From positions 9,982,001 to 10,046,000 of the forward strand of contig CM106586.1 in assembly GCA_048013815.1 (NCBI GenBank): DNA of 64,000 nucleotides. Reading direction: 5' to 3'. Position numbers and translations under genes: made by a program. This stretch comes from Setoptus koraiensis (lineage: Eukaryota > Animalia > Arthropoda). Below the pieces are notes generated by a model. That model searched no databases and was not told the DNA's origin. It saw only the letters and a program-made list of their open reading frames with translations. Below, piece after piece: positions 52,424-64,000 of the stretch (positions are counted from its first letter, which is position 1; every line of letters begins with the position of its first letter).

Positions 52424-52565
52424 ACCGGCAACCAGCAAGCGACCGGCAACCAGCAAGCAACCAGCAAGCGACCAGCAACCAGCAAGCAACCAGCGAGCAA
52501 CCGGCAAGTGACCAGCGAACAACCGGCAACCAACCAGCAACCGTAAACCAGCAAGCAACCAGCAA
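52424..52565. repeat. Degenerate short-unit (accagca/accggca agca) tandem repeat upstream of the NRF-6-like ATG
   Basis: Repeated caaccagcaagc / caaccggcaa units read directly. Confidence 0.75.
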
Positions 52566-52585
52566 GACAAGTGACAGCGGCCAAA

Positions 52586-55500
52586 ATGAGGCCCCTGGCG
52601 GCTCTGCTCGCGCTGACCGCGGCGACGCTCGCTCTAAAAACGAGCGGCACAGATTGTTTTGGATTGGCCAATTTGAGCCAATACATGCAAAATCCGCTTC
52701 TTCTTCATTTCTCGCTGGAGGGCGAGCCGCCGCTGCGCGAAATTCAGCGCGATCTCGACGACTTCTTCTACCTGAACGAAAACAACGATCGCCCAGTGTC
52801 CGTCACGCGGCTGTCGGGCGAGCCGCCAGCGGGAGCCAAGGACACGGCCGTCAGTTACATAATCAGAACGCTGCACGCAAAATACAAACTGTGCATCAGG
52901 GGCCTGAGCCTGTTCTCGGCCACCTTCTACGACATGCCCGGCGAGAAGGAGCTGGCCAGCGGGCCCCGCACCAACCAGACGCTGTGCGGCCAACAGTTGG
53001 ACTACATGATCGGGGCGGCCGACGCCGACCAGACGCACATTTCGCGCGGCACCAACATCAACGTGATGCGCATTTTGGACACGTTCGGGCGGCCCGGCGT
53101 GAGCACCTTCGAGTCGCAGCTCATCTGGATCGGCAACTACCAGCAGTGCGTCGGTTCGCGGCTGCTGCTGCCGCCCGTCGCCGCGGCAAACGCGCCGACT
53201 GCGGCCGCTGCGGCAAGCGCGGCAAGTGCGGCAAGCGCGGGAAATGCGCCAAGTGCGGACAATGCGGGAAGTGCGGGCGAGTCCGTACCCATGCACTACT
53301 GCGTGGGCCTGTTCCGGTACCCCGAGTGGCCCAACAGCAGCTTCTACGAGCGCAACCTCAACCTGAAGGTGGCGCTGTGCCTGCCGGACACGTGCGACTC
53401 GTTCAGTTACGAGCACCACCGCCAGAGGCTGCTCAAGCTGGCGCTGTCGAACATCGGGCCGCGCCAGTCGGGCCTGTACATGTCGTCGCTGTACTGCCTG
53501 CCCCACAAGCAATCGAAGCTGCTGTCCGCGGAACACAATCCGCTGTACGTGTCGTTTTGGGTATTTTCGGCCGCCTGGCTGGCGGTGGTGGCGGCGTGCA
53601 GCGTGTACCACTTCTTTCTCATCATACAGAACAACACGCGCATAAAGGAGCAAAAGAAGTGCGAGCTGCGCTCGAAATTAATGCAATTAATGTCCGACAG
53701 GAGCGTGGGCGACATATCGGACGCGTCCGAGCTGAAGCTGCTCAACGAGACCATGTCAGCCCAGTATTTACAGATGCGCGTGCGGCAAGTGCGCGAAATC
53801 AAGCAGTTGCGCAGCCTCACCGAACCGGAACACGTGCCCCTCCTGGTGGGCATCTTTAGCATTATCGGCAACTGCCGCAAGCTGTTCACCATCGAGGACC
53901 CGCCCGACGCCGAGCCGCCGCTGGCGTCGGCCCCACGGCTACCCACCGATAACGGTGGCAACGGGACGGACGCGCCGCCCCAGCAGCAGCAGCAGCAACC
54001 GCGCGGCCTAGACAACCGCATTGTCATACTGGACGGACTGAAGGGCATTGCCATGACCATCGTGGTGTTTGGTCACTGCACCCTCGAGGTGATACTGCTC
54101 ACCTTTACCACCGTTGAGGTGAAGGGAAACTTCAATTTCGCCTACAGCGAATACTTTTTCATAGCGCCCTTCATGATGCTCAATTGTTTTCTCATTATAA
54201 CGGGCCTGCTGGCGTCGCTGTTGCTGTTCAAGCAGGGCAAGCGATTTGTCGAATCGCCCCTCAATTGGCTACTCATCACCATCGTGCGCTATTTGCGCAT
54301 CATGCCCCTGCTGCTGTACTCTATCTGGATGTCGAAAGCGCTGTACCGGAAGTTGGGCCAGGGCCCCCTGTGGGACTACGGCACGGCCACCATGACACAC
54401 AACAACATATGCGGGCGCGAATCGTGGTGGCTCAGTGTGTTCCTGTTGAACAATTTGCGCCAAATTAACTTTCAGTGCGTGGGGCCCGCCTGGTATTTGG
54501 CGACAGACTTTCAGTTGTACATGATGACGGCGCCCTTCATCATACTCATGTCCAAGAACCAGCGATTGGGGTATTTGGCCTGTGCCCTGGTGTGCCTGAC
54601 GGGCGTCGTTACGGGCATAGTGACGCTCATGTGGGGCTCCATCGACAAGCTCATTTATTTGATGAAGCCGCCCTACAACGCGGCCCTGTTCGAGGAGGTG
54701 CACTATTACTACACGCTGCCCATCAATCGGGCCGGCCCGTACTTTATGGGCCTGGTGGCGGGCCACCTGATACACCGCATGAATAGGGGCAAGCTGACGC
54801 TGGAGTCGCACTTTGTTTGGGTGCTCAACAGTTGGCCCGTAAACACGGTGCTGGCCAAGGACGACAGCAGCGCCGCCGCCGCCGCTGGCGACAAAACGGA
54901 CGCCCAAACGATGGCCGCCATGTCGTCAAACAATCAGGCCGGCGGCGGGGGCCTGAAACAATTGCTGATTGGCACTTTCAAGACGCATTCGGTGCTCATA
55001 GCGCTGCTCATGACCTTCATGTCGTTCGGCAGTCTGCCCAATTACATACTGATCACCGTGTTTGACATTCAGGGCTCATGGGATTCGCCCCAATGTCGGC
55101 TCATTCTGGCCACACTCATAACACTAGTCACCTATTTCTTTTGTCTGCTGGTGACAATAGCAATGTTTTTTGGCGCAATTGGCTACGACAAGACCTACTA
55201 TTATTCGCTGATAAAGTTGCGCTTGTGGCGGCCCATAGCGCGCGCCTCATTGTCCATACTGGTGTTCCATTATTTCATCATGAAGGCCGTCACCACCAAC
55301 AACGTGTCCTCCTTTGATCCGTCCAGCTTCAAGACGCTCATTACGACCCTGTTCGGCACGGGACTCATTTGCATAATATTGTCAATGGCGCTGTGCGTCG
55401 TGTTCGAATATCCGCTCACCAACACCATCGAGCATCTGCTCAAGACCTACATTTACAAGCGCAAAGCGAGCGCAGGTAAAAAATCGTCGGACAAATCGTC

Positions 55501-55588
55501 GCGCCAGCCAGACAACTCGTTCGGACGGGACGGCGACCATTTTGCGCAAACCAAGTTCGGTTCACAGGTGACATCGGACGCCATTTAG
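52586..55588 (+). CDS. Nose-resistant-to-fluoxetine-6 (NRF-6)-like protein: signal peptide, NRF domain and multi-pass acyltransferase-3 domain, 1,000 aa, intronless
   Basis: Signal peptide MRPLAALLALTAATLALKTSG. NRF-type motifs LDTFGRP...WIGNYQQC, HYCVG and ALCLPDTC. AT3-type motifs LDGLKGIAMTIVVFGH, RYLRIMP, WYLATDFQLY, YYTLPINRAGPYFMGLVAG and multiple TM segments. ATG at 52586 (the ORF track starts at an upstream GTG). Confidence 0.9.
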   Translation: MRPLAALLALTAATLALKTSGTDCFGLANLSQYMQNPLLLHFSLEGEPPLREIQRDLDDFFYLNENNDRPVSVTRLSGEPPAGAKDTAVSYIIRTLHAKYKLCIRGLSLFSATFYDMPGEKELASGPRTNQTLCGQQLDYMIGAADADQTHISRGTNINVMRILDTFGRPGVSTFESQLIWIGNYQQCVGSRLLLPPVAAANAPTAAAAASAASAASAGNAPSADNAGSAGESVPMHYCVGLFRYPEWPNSSFYERNLNLKVALCLPDTCDSFSYEHHRQRLLKLALSNIGPRQSGLYMSSLYCLPHKQSKLLSAEHNPLYVSFWVFSAAWLAVVAACSVYHFFLIIQNNTRIKEQKKCELRSKLMQLMSDRSVGDISDASELKLLNETMSAQYLQMRVRQVREIKQLRSLTEPEHVPLLVGIFSIIGNCRKLFTIEDPPDAEPPLASAPRLPTDNGGNGTDAPPQQQQQQPRGLDNRIVILDGLKGIAMTIVVFGHCTLEVILLTFTTVEVKGNFNFAYSEYFFIAPFMMLNCFLIITGLLASLLLFKQGKRFVESPLNWLLITIVRYLRIMPLLLYSIWMSKALYRKLGQGPLWDYGTATMTHNNICGRESWWLSVFLLNNLRQINFQCVGPAWYLATDFQLYMMTAPFIILMSKNQRLGYLACALVCLTGVVTGIVTLMWGSIDKLIYLMKPPYNAALFEEVHYYYTLPINRAGPYFMGLVAGHLIHRMNRGKLTLESHFVWVLNSWPVNTVLAKDDSSAAAAAGDKTDAQTMAAMSSNNQAGGGGLKQLLIGTFKTHSVLIALLMTFMSFGSLPNYILITVFDIQGSWDSPQCRLILATLITLVTYFFCLLVTIAMFFGAIGYDKTYYYSLIKLRLWRPIARASLSILVFHYFIMKAVTTNNVSSFDPSSFKTLITTLFGTGLICIILSMALCVVFEYPLTNTIEHLLKTYIYKRKASAGKKSSDKSSRQPDNSFGRDGDHFAQTKFGSQVTSDAI

Positions 55589-57356
55589 ACTGCACAATTT
55601 AGAGCCCGCAGCGGCTCTAAATGGTAAGTGGCAGTAGCAGATATTCACAGATTGGTAATGTGACTAACAATTGTGAGATTGTCCGAGATGTGGATCGGTC
55701 GCGCATATTCACGCGTGAATAGCAGCGAGCGAGCGCAAACTGTATGCCTCAACTACTCAAATAAATCAGACTCAACCACTGAGCCAATACAGCCAAGTCA
55801 ATCAATAAACTGCAAACGCATCTAGCCAGCGGCTAGCGGATTTAGCTAGATCACGCTCGATGATTGTGAGTAACACGACATGACAGAGTGAGAGAGATAA
55901 TTGAGTTGTCGTTGCTTGTCAGCGCCATGTAAGCGTATGACTCGGCCATATAACTGGGCCATATAACTTGGCAAGACTTTTTAGTCGAGTCGAAACTTCC
56001 ATTGTTTGCCCAGCGTCTGCTGTGCACGTGTGTTTACGATGCACCGTCGGGGAATACTTTGGGGTATTGGTGCAATGCGCAGCGCTTTGGGGCATTCGCA
56101 TAGTGCGCGACACTTTGGGGTTTTCGCACAGTGCGCGACACTTTGGGGTGTTGGTGGTCGTGCATTCACCCTGGCGCCACAACGCACCAGGGCGAACGCA
56201 CGGCACGCGAATTCGAAAGACGGGGCATTCGCGCGATACATTCTGCCAGAATGATTCTGGCAACATTGCACATATTGCACATATTGCACATGTTGCAATT
56301 ATCCCCGTCTTTCGAACGCTTGCATCATGCGACTCGTATCGCATTGAGCGTGTGCGGGCTGCAGCGGCAGACGTCGGGTCACCAGTGTGACTCGCAAACG
56401 GGGATCTGTGGGGCTGCGAAACGCCATTTCGGGCGCTTTGTCCCTGAGTAACTCTGTGTGCAGCTCGCGTAGCCTTGTGTCACACAAGCTGTGTGCAGAG
56501 TTGTGCGCACACAGTTGGTAGTGAGCCTGCAGTTGCAGTGCAGTTCAGGGTTCTCGCTGGGAATTTGCAAGTGCGCAACTCTCGCACAAGCAAGCACACA
56601 AAAGAACAGCGACGACAACAACAACAACAACATAAACAACGACGTACTGGCTGCAAAGAAAACTCTGGAGCACCGCCAGCCCGGCCAGAGCAGAAAAACG
56701 CACTAAACGAGCGCACCGTCACACAATGTGCGCCTGTGCCCAGTGCTAGCCTGCATGAAGCCTCTGGAGCACGGGCCACCGTTTGCAGGGCGCCGTGTGG
56801 CTCGCAGCGCACAGTCACAACCCCCAGTGCGAATGTTCACACACGAACACGCTCACAGAAACGGCCCCCAGCTTGCACAATACAAACTGCTTGCTAGCGC
56901 GCTCCACAAAACACTTTGCGCCCAGTATATAAGCAGCAACACACACAAACAACAACAACAACATCATTACGAACCAAAACAAAAACAAATTCTCGCTCTT
57001 TTATACCATCGTGTAATAGTGCTTTGAATAGAAGTTACTCGCTGTGAATACACTGTGTATACTAATGTTTGTTAATGGTGTAGAGAAACTCCAGCAAATA
57101 GATAGATAAAACTCGCAAGCTCACCACCACCATTCCCCACAATATACGCAATACCTCTATAATAGACACTACACCACCACCATCACCACCAACAACAACA
57201 ACAATATTAGGCTTCCACCAAAGGACGATTTACATCATCAGCGACATTATTCAGCTATTTAGCAGACGATTCGATTCCATTTATCATTATTATTTGCATA
57301 TTGTTGATTCGACAATTCGATAATTACTAAATCACATACAACACAATAGACAACCA

Positions 57357-58045
<689 letters not shown>

Positions 58046-58479
58046 AAACAATAAGCCCAGTAGTTGACCCATCATTTAATCGACTATGTACGTGTAACCA
58101 AACACGCTAAATACAATACAACAAAACCAACAACAGCAACAACAACAACAGCATCTCTCGGTCCCAGCAAGAGATGCATTTTTTTTCTTCGTCGACGACG
58201 TATGACAAGAAGGAGAAACAAAAAACACAAATCAGACGCTTAAGCTCAGAGTCAATTTATTCAAAATCTATGCAGCTCTACAGCATGTATTATAGATATT
58301 TGTATCAATTTGTAATAGTATAGAATAAAAAAGAATTACCATGATCTAGTTAGAACAACTTATCCGCTGACTGCTACATACTCAGCGTATCAACGTTGCT
58401 GATCAACCATCAATTGGCCTCGTTTATTGAAACAACGCAACTACCAATTATCATTGTCATAGTCAATTGAACTGCCACA

Positions 58480-61400
58480 CTAGGAGTCTTCAAGTTCTAG
58501 TTGAGACCACAGTTCCAAAGCAGCACTCGGAGATGACGGTCCAGGCGACGATGTAAAAGAAGATGGAGGTCCGCTCCAGATGAGCGAGTTACTCAGACTG
58601 TTTCCTGGTGATAACGCCATATTGTGTTGATTGTGTTGGGCAGCTTGAATTGTTCGTGAATCATTGATCGAATTGTTGGAGGATAGAGAGCATGAAGATA
58701 TCTTATGATTTCGGGTCAACTTCTGCAGAAATCTGTTAAATTGTTTTAGCGACAGCTCGTTGTGTAAAGTTTCCAACGGCCTGATTGAGGGCAACGAATA
58801 TGGACAAGGTAAATCCAAATCTTGTGATGATCCAGTTATAACGGCTGTGCTAATGATAGAAGTTGGGGGAGCGCAGAACAATGACAAGTCTGCAACACTG
58901 CAAGCCCTAGGATATGATTTTGAGCATAGCGATTGTGTAGCTTTCTGTTGGTGAGATCCTGTTTGACTCACGGATCTCGGTGGCAGTTGTAGAGTTTTGG
59001 CAGTTAATAACGACGAGCAAAGTTCGTCGCGAACGGTGGCATTATAAGTGTCGCGATTATCATCGGCTATATTCTTAAATAAATCCTGCAAACTTATAGG
59101 ACTCACAGCTGAATGGCTTCGCGAAATTCTCTTCGATTTGAGGGCTAAGATTCTCGCGTTAGCCGCTGTCAATGTGTGACTAGTTTCCGAATCTTCATCA
59201 CTCTCTGTGTTGTAATCTGAATTATTAGTAGAGCGTTCATCATCTGTGTTCTCTTCTTTGATCACAGTGGGAGCTTGAATACCCGAACTACTTGTTGTAG
59301 CTTGATTCGAGGATACAGTTGTAGGCCTACTAGAATAGGGATAATGACTAGCATAATTCTTGCTTCTTGCGTGTGGACGAAAACCAGGTCCCTGCGGCTC
59401 TGTGGGTAAATTATGCTGCTGCTGTTGATTGCCCACACGACCCACAACACCCGAACTAAAATGAATTTCCACATGAAATCTGTCGTCACTAGTGGCCTCT
59501 TTAGTGGGATCTTCGTAAAGCATAATAACTATCTGGGAAAGATAGTTGAGCTCAGAAATGGCACTCAAGTACTCCATAGATCTTCGCCACTGTTCATCAG
59601 CATCCTTAGCCTCTGAGGCCAACAATCCGCCGAAGCGAAGCGCAGTAACAAGTGAATGGATATGACTTTCGCTGGTAAAGTACAACCTCGTACGTACATG
59701 CCTTCCGGGGGACGAAACTCCATGCGAATATTTAGGATCTAATCTGTTGACACTTTCAGTTGTGTCATCGTCACTGGCGGAGTCAGCATTCCTTAATAAA
59801 TCGGCCTGTATTTTGAGCAACAATGGACAGCAGATTCCAAGACCAATCATCAATTTTTCTTGACTAGTTATACCGTATTCTTGGGGTATCACAACATCCG
59901 CTAGAGCTTTAGCATAAATATGAAGTTCGTGGGCAAATGGAAATTGCAACGTCTGCTGATTATGTTGTAGATCGTATTTGATACAGTCGTAGATGTCAGG
60001 AATTTTGCTTATGTCGAAACGTTTTAGCCGTGGCACACTGAAATCTTTTTCCAATTTAGACCAGCGTCTTTGTAACAGATCCCAGGTTTCTCCGTGATAC
60101 AAATGATATTCTTGCGTGTAACCGTTATCCTCTCGTCGGCATTTTATAACATGATTCAATTCTTTTATAAGACGATGAACATTTTGGCAAGCTTGATAAG
60201 GATTTCTGATGAATTTCATTGCCGCAGCTATTGATGGAGAATTGGTGGCATTCAATTGTGTCATATCTTCATCGGTGAAGTCCCCATCCTTTTGCATTAT
60301 GTCGTGCAATCTTTCTTTTACTATCTTTTGATATTTACTAGATTCGCAGTCATTATCCAGTAGTCCGTTTGTATTAGCACTTTTTACCATCTGAAACAAA
60401 ATAGGTGTCAACTCGCCCTCCAATGCCAAAAGGCCCTTGGCAAATGCGGCCGCTGTCATTTGTACTCTACCCTCATCGGAGGCGTATATCTTCAAATCGT
60501 GCCGAAATGTACTATGCAAACGTAATAGTCCCAAACCTTGAGGCCCCGAATAGTCACCGGAAGCAGGGTACAGTCTTCTGAAACACCTTCCTAGTTCTTC
60601 AGCCTGCACACGACCTGCTGGCGTGAGCTCACCGCCCCATTTAAGTATGAGAACAAGAGAGGGATCTCGGCTAACTTCGTCCTCGCTACTAGATCGTCTC
60701 GGTCGTCCATAAGGTTGATACTTGAGCTGGACTTTCCTATTGATGCCCGAAAAATGCCCGTACATTTCTAGTACCGATTTCAGCTGTTCTAGTTTGATTC
60801 TAGGCTCCATAACTTCCCCCTCGGGCATCTGATCGGGTAACTCACCAAGTAAAAATCTAGCGATATCTAGAACCTCTTGCAGTTGCTTTGGTTTTTTCAA
60901 TTTTGCGTGTCCATCTTTTTGATTTCCGTACTTATGATAAAGTTCGAAGAATTTTACGTGCTTTACCTCCATTTTCATTTTTTGTTTCGGTGTTCGATCT
61001 CCATGCCGAATGACGGCTATTACACATCTCAGCTCCATCATACGTCCAAAAGTAGTAGGCACAATTGGTGGATCGTCCAATTGAAACGGTACTGACCACG
61101 GAATATGCAACTGGGGTGCTAGGGCCCTTAGCATAATGTTACCTAATATTTTGGAACAGTCCTCATAGTATTTCATCGAACTCTTAACAAAACTAAAACC
61201 ATTCACATCGCACACATATGACTTTCCATTGGCTCTTAATAGATCGAAGCCACAAACAGTTTGTTTAAATGCCATACAAACTCTTCTAGCAATAAGTTTC
61301 TCCGTATTTGTTAATATGACTGGATATCTGATCTCTTTACCGTTTCCATCTCGTTCGACCTTTCCGTCCAAAGCCGGCGACTTTCTGGCCTCAGCGTGCG

Positions 61401-63276
61401 CGTAATCAGGGCCTGCGGTATATACTTTTACATCAGTTCCATCGGTAGGCATAAACTCTTCATAAATATAAGATCCACTTTTTCTAACACGACTCTCACT
61501 GGAATAGACACTGCTCCTACAGCCTATCTTTCTAAAAAGACGTTGACTGCCGCCTCCCGCATGAGCTGGATAATAGATGTATATGTTGTGATCTTCAGCG
61601 GATATTGGCTTCTCTACAAATGGCTTATTAAACGTAACATTGTTTATTTCAACGTGATCGTCGCTTTCTATGAGTTCACGCTCCTCGAGGTTGGCAGAAT
61701 CTCTATCCAGTACAGCGTAGCGTGGTAACTCAATATCGGCCTCTTCCAAGATTTTGTATACTTTTCTTCTATCTTGAATATCATATTGGATATCAAGATC
61801 ATTCACCAAGAATGGCTTACGCAATCTAGCATACTCTATTGCTTTCGACAATGGAAATCCTTTCGAATGAAAAGATATCAGACAATCGCATAAGGGCCAA
61901 TCGCTTACAGGTTTGTTCAAAATCGTCGATTCATCGAAAACAAGTGTTTTTATATACGGTTCAAAGTAGTCCTCCAACCTCTTGAGAATCTCGGCCATAG
62001 GCTTAGACTGAGCCTTCTTTGCCATGGCGCAAATACCCACTATGACTTGTTGATGTGACTTATCGTAATCATCTTCATCGACTGATTGATTATCCGTAGA
62101 AACATCATCGGACTTATCAGTAGTATGGTCATTTCTGAACTGAGAACTGTCCTCACCAGCCGAATCTCCGGCTTGAAGGTTTATAGGGGTTGCTGGTGAG
62201 TTTTCACTCGGTTGGTGCTCTACATCGGCAGAGCTGCTACCTGCCTCGGTGTCAGCAATTGTATTAAATTTAAGAAAATCTATCAATTTACGTAAGCCAA
62301 ACAAATATTTTTCGTCTCTGGAATCACTATTGACGGGGTGCAGATGGAATACATGAGCAAAGTCAATCAAAGCTAATCGCACAGATTGTTCAACATCGTC
62401 TGATGAAGAATCATACACGATGAGTATGGACGATGAAATGAATTGTAATTGACCGACATTGTAATTGAAGAACCATGATTCAATGTCGTCAAGTTTTTTC
62501 ATCACTCGATCTATTGTCTTGTGCCTGTTCTCACTGGATTCTATTGCCGAGAAGAAGCTGTAGAGAGCCTCTGATAGTTGATTATGGCTCAGCAACGTCC
62601 TGCCGTAATGCTTGTCTTTGTCTAATAAAATTTCACCATTGCTTGAGGTTACTTTCATTCCTAGAATACGAAAACCAAATTCAGATAGCTTGCTATATTT
62701 ATTGGACTCTTCGAGAATTTTCTCTCTTGTTGCATTTGGATCATATGTAACCTGGCCTATTTTGATGTCGATGACACAAGGTGTCAAGCAATGAGCAGTG
62801 AGATCCTCCAGGCTTAGAAAAAGAGATGGATGATCACTAACTGAGTCTCCTTCTTCTGACATTTCCTTATCTTGATTGTATACTAGGCGACATATGCCCT
62901 TATATTGTGGCACGTGCTTGACCAATTTCAACAATGCTTGCTTGTCCAATAAACAGGAACAACAACTGTTTAGATCACGAATTTTAAACAAATCCATATT
63001 GCTATAACTATAATTTTCACTGCTGCTAATTTCTCTATCACAATCGTCGGGGAAATTGGTTTGACTTGGATCCGAAGAAAGGTTTTCCTCCAGTTTGGAC
63101 AACTTGTCTAGTAGCTCATAGAAATATATCTCTCGCTGGCTTCGGACATCCGTCAAGGTTATGGGCTTAAGAATGTGCTTGGTAGTCTTGCAACGATAGA
63201 AGCCATCGTGTCCTGCCACCTGATACTGGCTACATTCGACATCATCGAACATGATATCATGAGATATTTTCATCAT
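58480..63276 (-). CDS. PPIP5K: IPMK-PPIP5K fusion protein, 1,598 aa, intronless: IPK-family kinase + ATP-grasp diphosphoinositol pentakisphosphate kinase + histidine acid phosphatase-like domain
   Basis: From aa ~411: [93 protein letters not shown] (R757), [11 protein letters not shown] and [12 protein letters not shown], all PPIP5K/VIP1 hallmarks. Residues ~17-337 carry IPMK motifs. No stop codon separates the two parts. Confidence 0.93.
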   Translation of the reverse strand: MMKISHDIMFDDVECSQYQVAGHDGFYRCKTTKHILKPITLTDVRSQREIYFYELLDKLSKLEENLSSDPSQTNFPDDCDREISSSENYSYSNMDLFKIRDLNSCCSCLLDKQALLKLVKHVPQYKGICRLVYNQDKEMSEEGDSVSDHPSLFLSLEDLTAHCLTPCVIDIKIGQVTYDPNATREKILEESNKYSKLSEFGFRILGMKVTSSNGEILLDKDKHYGRTLLSHNQLSEALYSFFSAIESSENRHKTIDRVMKKLDDIESWFFNYNVGQLQFISSSILIVYDSSSDDVEQSVRLALIDFAHVFHLHPVNSDSRDEKYLFGLRKLIDFLKFNTIADTEAGSSSADVEHQPSENSPATPINLQAGDSAGEDSSQFRNDHTTDKSDDVSTDNQSVDEDDYDKSHQQVIVGICAMAKKAQSKPMAEILKRLEDYFEPYIKTLVFDESTILNKPVSDWPLCDCLISFHSKGFPLSKAIEYARLRKPFLVNDLDIQYDIQDRRKVYKILEEADIELPRYAVLDRDSANLEERELIESDDHVEINNVTFNKPFVEKPISAEDHNIYIYYPAHAGGGSQRLFRKIGCRSSVYSSESRVRKSGSYIYEEFMPTDGTDVKVYTAGPDYAHAEARKSPALDGKVERDGNGKEIRYPVILTNTEKLIARRVCMAFKQTVCGFDLLRANGKSYVCDVNGFSFVKSSMKYYEDCSKILGNIMLRALAPQLHIPWSVPFQLDDPPIVPTTFGRMMELRCVIAVIRHGDRTPKQKMKMEVKHVKFFELYHKYGNQKDGHAKLKKPKQLQEVLDIARFLLGELPDQMPEGEVMEPRIKLEQLKSVLEMYGHFSGINRKVQLKYQPYGRPRRSSSEDEVSRDPSLVLILKWGGELTPAGRVQAEELGRCFRRLYPASGDYSGPQGLGLLRLHSTFRHDLKIYASDEGRVQMTAAAFAKGLLALEGELTPILFQMVKSANTNGLLDNDCESSKYQKIVKERLHDIMQKDGDFTDEDMTQLNATNSPSIAAAMKFIRNPYQACQNVHRLIKELNHVIKCRREDNGYTQEYHLYHGETWDLLQRRWSKLEKDFSVPRLKRFDISKIPDIYDCIKYDLQHNQQTLQFPFAHELHIYAKALADVVIPQEYGITSQEKLMIGLGICCPLLLKIQADLLRNADSASDDDTTESVNRLDPKYSHGVSSPGRHVRTRLYFTSESHIHSLVTALRFGGLLASEAKDADEQWRRSMEYLSAISELNYLSQIVIMLYEDPTKEATSDDRFHVEIHFSSGVVGRVGNQQQQHNLPTEPQGPGFRPHARSKNYASHYPYSSRPTTVSSNQATTSSSGIQAPTVIKEENTDDERSTNNSDYNTESDEDSETSHTLTAANARILALKSKRISRSHSAVSPISLQDLFKNIADDNRDTYNATVRDELCSSLLTAKTLQLPPRSVSQTGSHQQKATQSLCSKSYPRACSVADLSLFCAPPTSIISTAVITGSSQDLDLPCPYSLPSIRPLETLHNELSLKQFNRFLQKLTRNHKISSCSLSSNNSINDSRTIQAAQHNQHNMALSPGNSLSNSLIWSGPPSSFTSSPGPSSPSAALELWSQLELEDS
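62266..63228 (-). other. IPMK: Inositol polyphosphate multikinase (IPMK/Ipk2) domain forming the N-terminus of the fusion ORF
   Basis: [35 protein letters not shown] (PxxxDxKxG), [33 protein letters not shown] and LIDFAHV appear in the order and spacing recalled for human IPMK. Confidence 0.92.
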
Positions 63277-64000
63277 ATCACGAGAGACTACTAAGAGTCT
63301 CCGGGCCAGCTGTCTTTGTGTAATGTACTTAATAAATTACTCCACTACCCTGAATGGGATAATGATTTGGCTAAAATTGGTGGCACATCGTTTGCTGTTG
63401 TACTAATATAATGCTAATAATAAATAATAATGTTAATGATGATAATGGTGACAGCTAAATTTGTTTGTTAACCACACCGTACATGCTACAACAATGTGAT
63501 TATTTACATACGTAAATAATAAAAAACAAACATATTCAGTGCAAGCTAGCCAAGGGTGTCTCATATAGTTTCACACGAGATGCAATATGTTCACGAGAGG
63601 CCGCTACGGTTGCCAATAACGATATCACTTTAGCGTCGTTTGCTGCGCTAGACATGCAGCGATTGTGGCCCGCAAGTTGAACTAAAAACACCTTGTTCTC
63701 TTTTCGCAAGAGGGCGCGTGTGCTCAGACTTCGTCATGTTCACTGTGAACAGTTCACATGTGTGTGTGCGCGGTTCTCTCAGAAAAAATAAAAGTAAAAA
63801 TAAAAAAACATGTGTACTCAACATCGCAAGATCAAGTGCGATCAGGGGAAGAAAGAATCGTTGTTTATTTCCATATCTTGTATACATTATTATCATTATT
63901 GTTGTTACATAATCATAACATAAACACAATTGATTTACAGCTCAATTTACATTTAATTTAAATTTGAAATTGCCATGTCAGATGAAATCGCCATGTCAGA

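Noticed and set aside
52351-54907. 502-aa alternate-frame ORF and 339/217/212-aa antisense ORFs over the NRF-6-like gene
   Set aside because: Explained by the codon bias of the real gene; no recognisable domains.

Overview
Eukaryotic (metazoan, arthropod-like, possibly mite) genomic DNA; no rRNA, tRNA or CRISPR array was recognised. Six protein-coding genes can be supported. (1) A five-exon ApoD-like lipocalin with a long Ser/Pro/Ala-rich tail (minus, 9473-11400). (2) A dimmed/Mist1-type bHLH gene whose two very large, low-complexity exons splice inside the HLH to give about 2,584 aa (minus, 15959-24228). (3) An orphan signal-peptide/acidic/coiled-coil protein (plus, 47710-49347). (4) An intronless NRF-6-like acyltransferase-3 protein (plus, 52586-55588). 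(5) A three-exon LC3-type Atg8 (plus, 57357-58045). (6) A single 1,598-codon intronless ORF joining a complete IPMK-type inositol kinase in frame to a complete PPIP5K/VIP1 (minus, 58480-63276); this is the most striking feature. Also present are decayed hAT and Ty3/gypsy fragments, a cryptic histone H3-like ORF, a ~23 kb GC-rich non-coding block full of short tandem duplications and PAR-bZIP-type palindromes, and a near-perfect 30-bp hairpin. All exon structures and family calls come from manual translation and motif recall, not from database searches.
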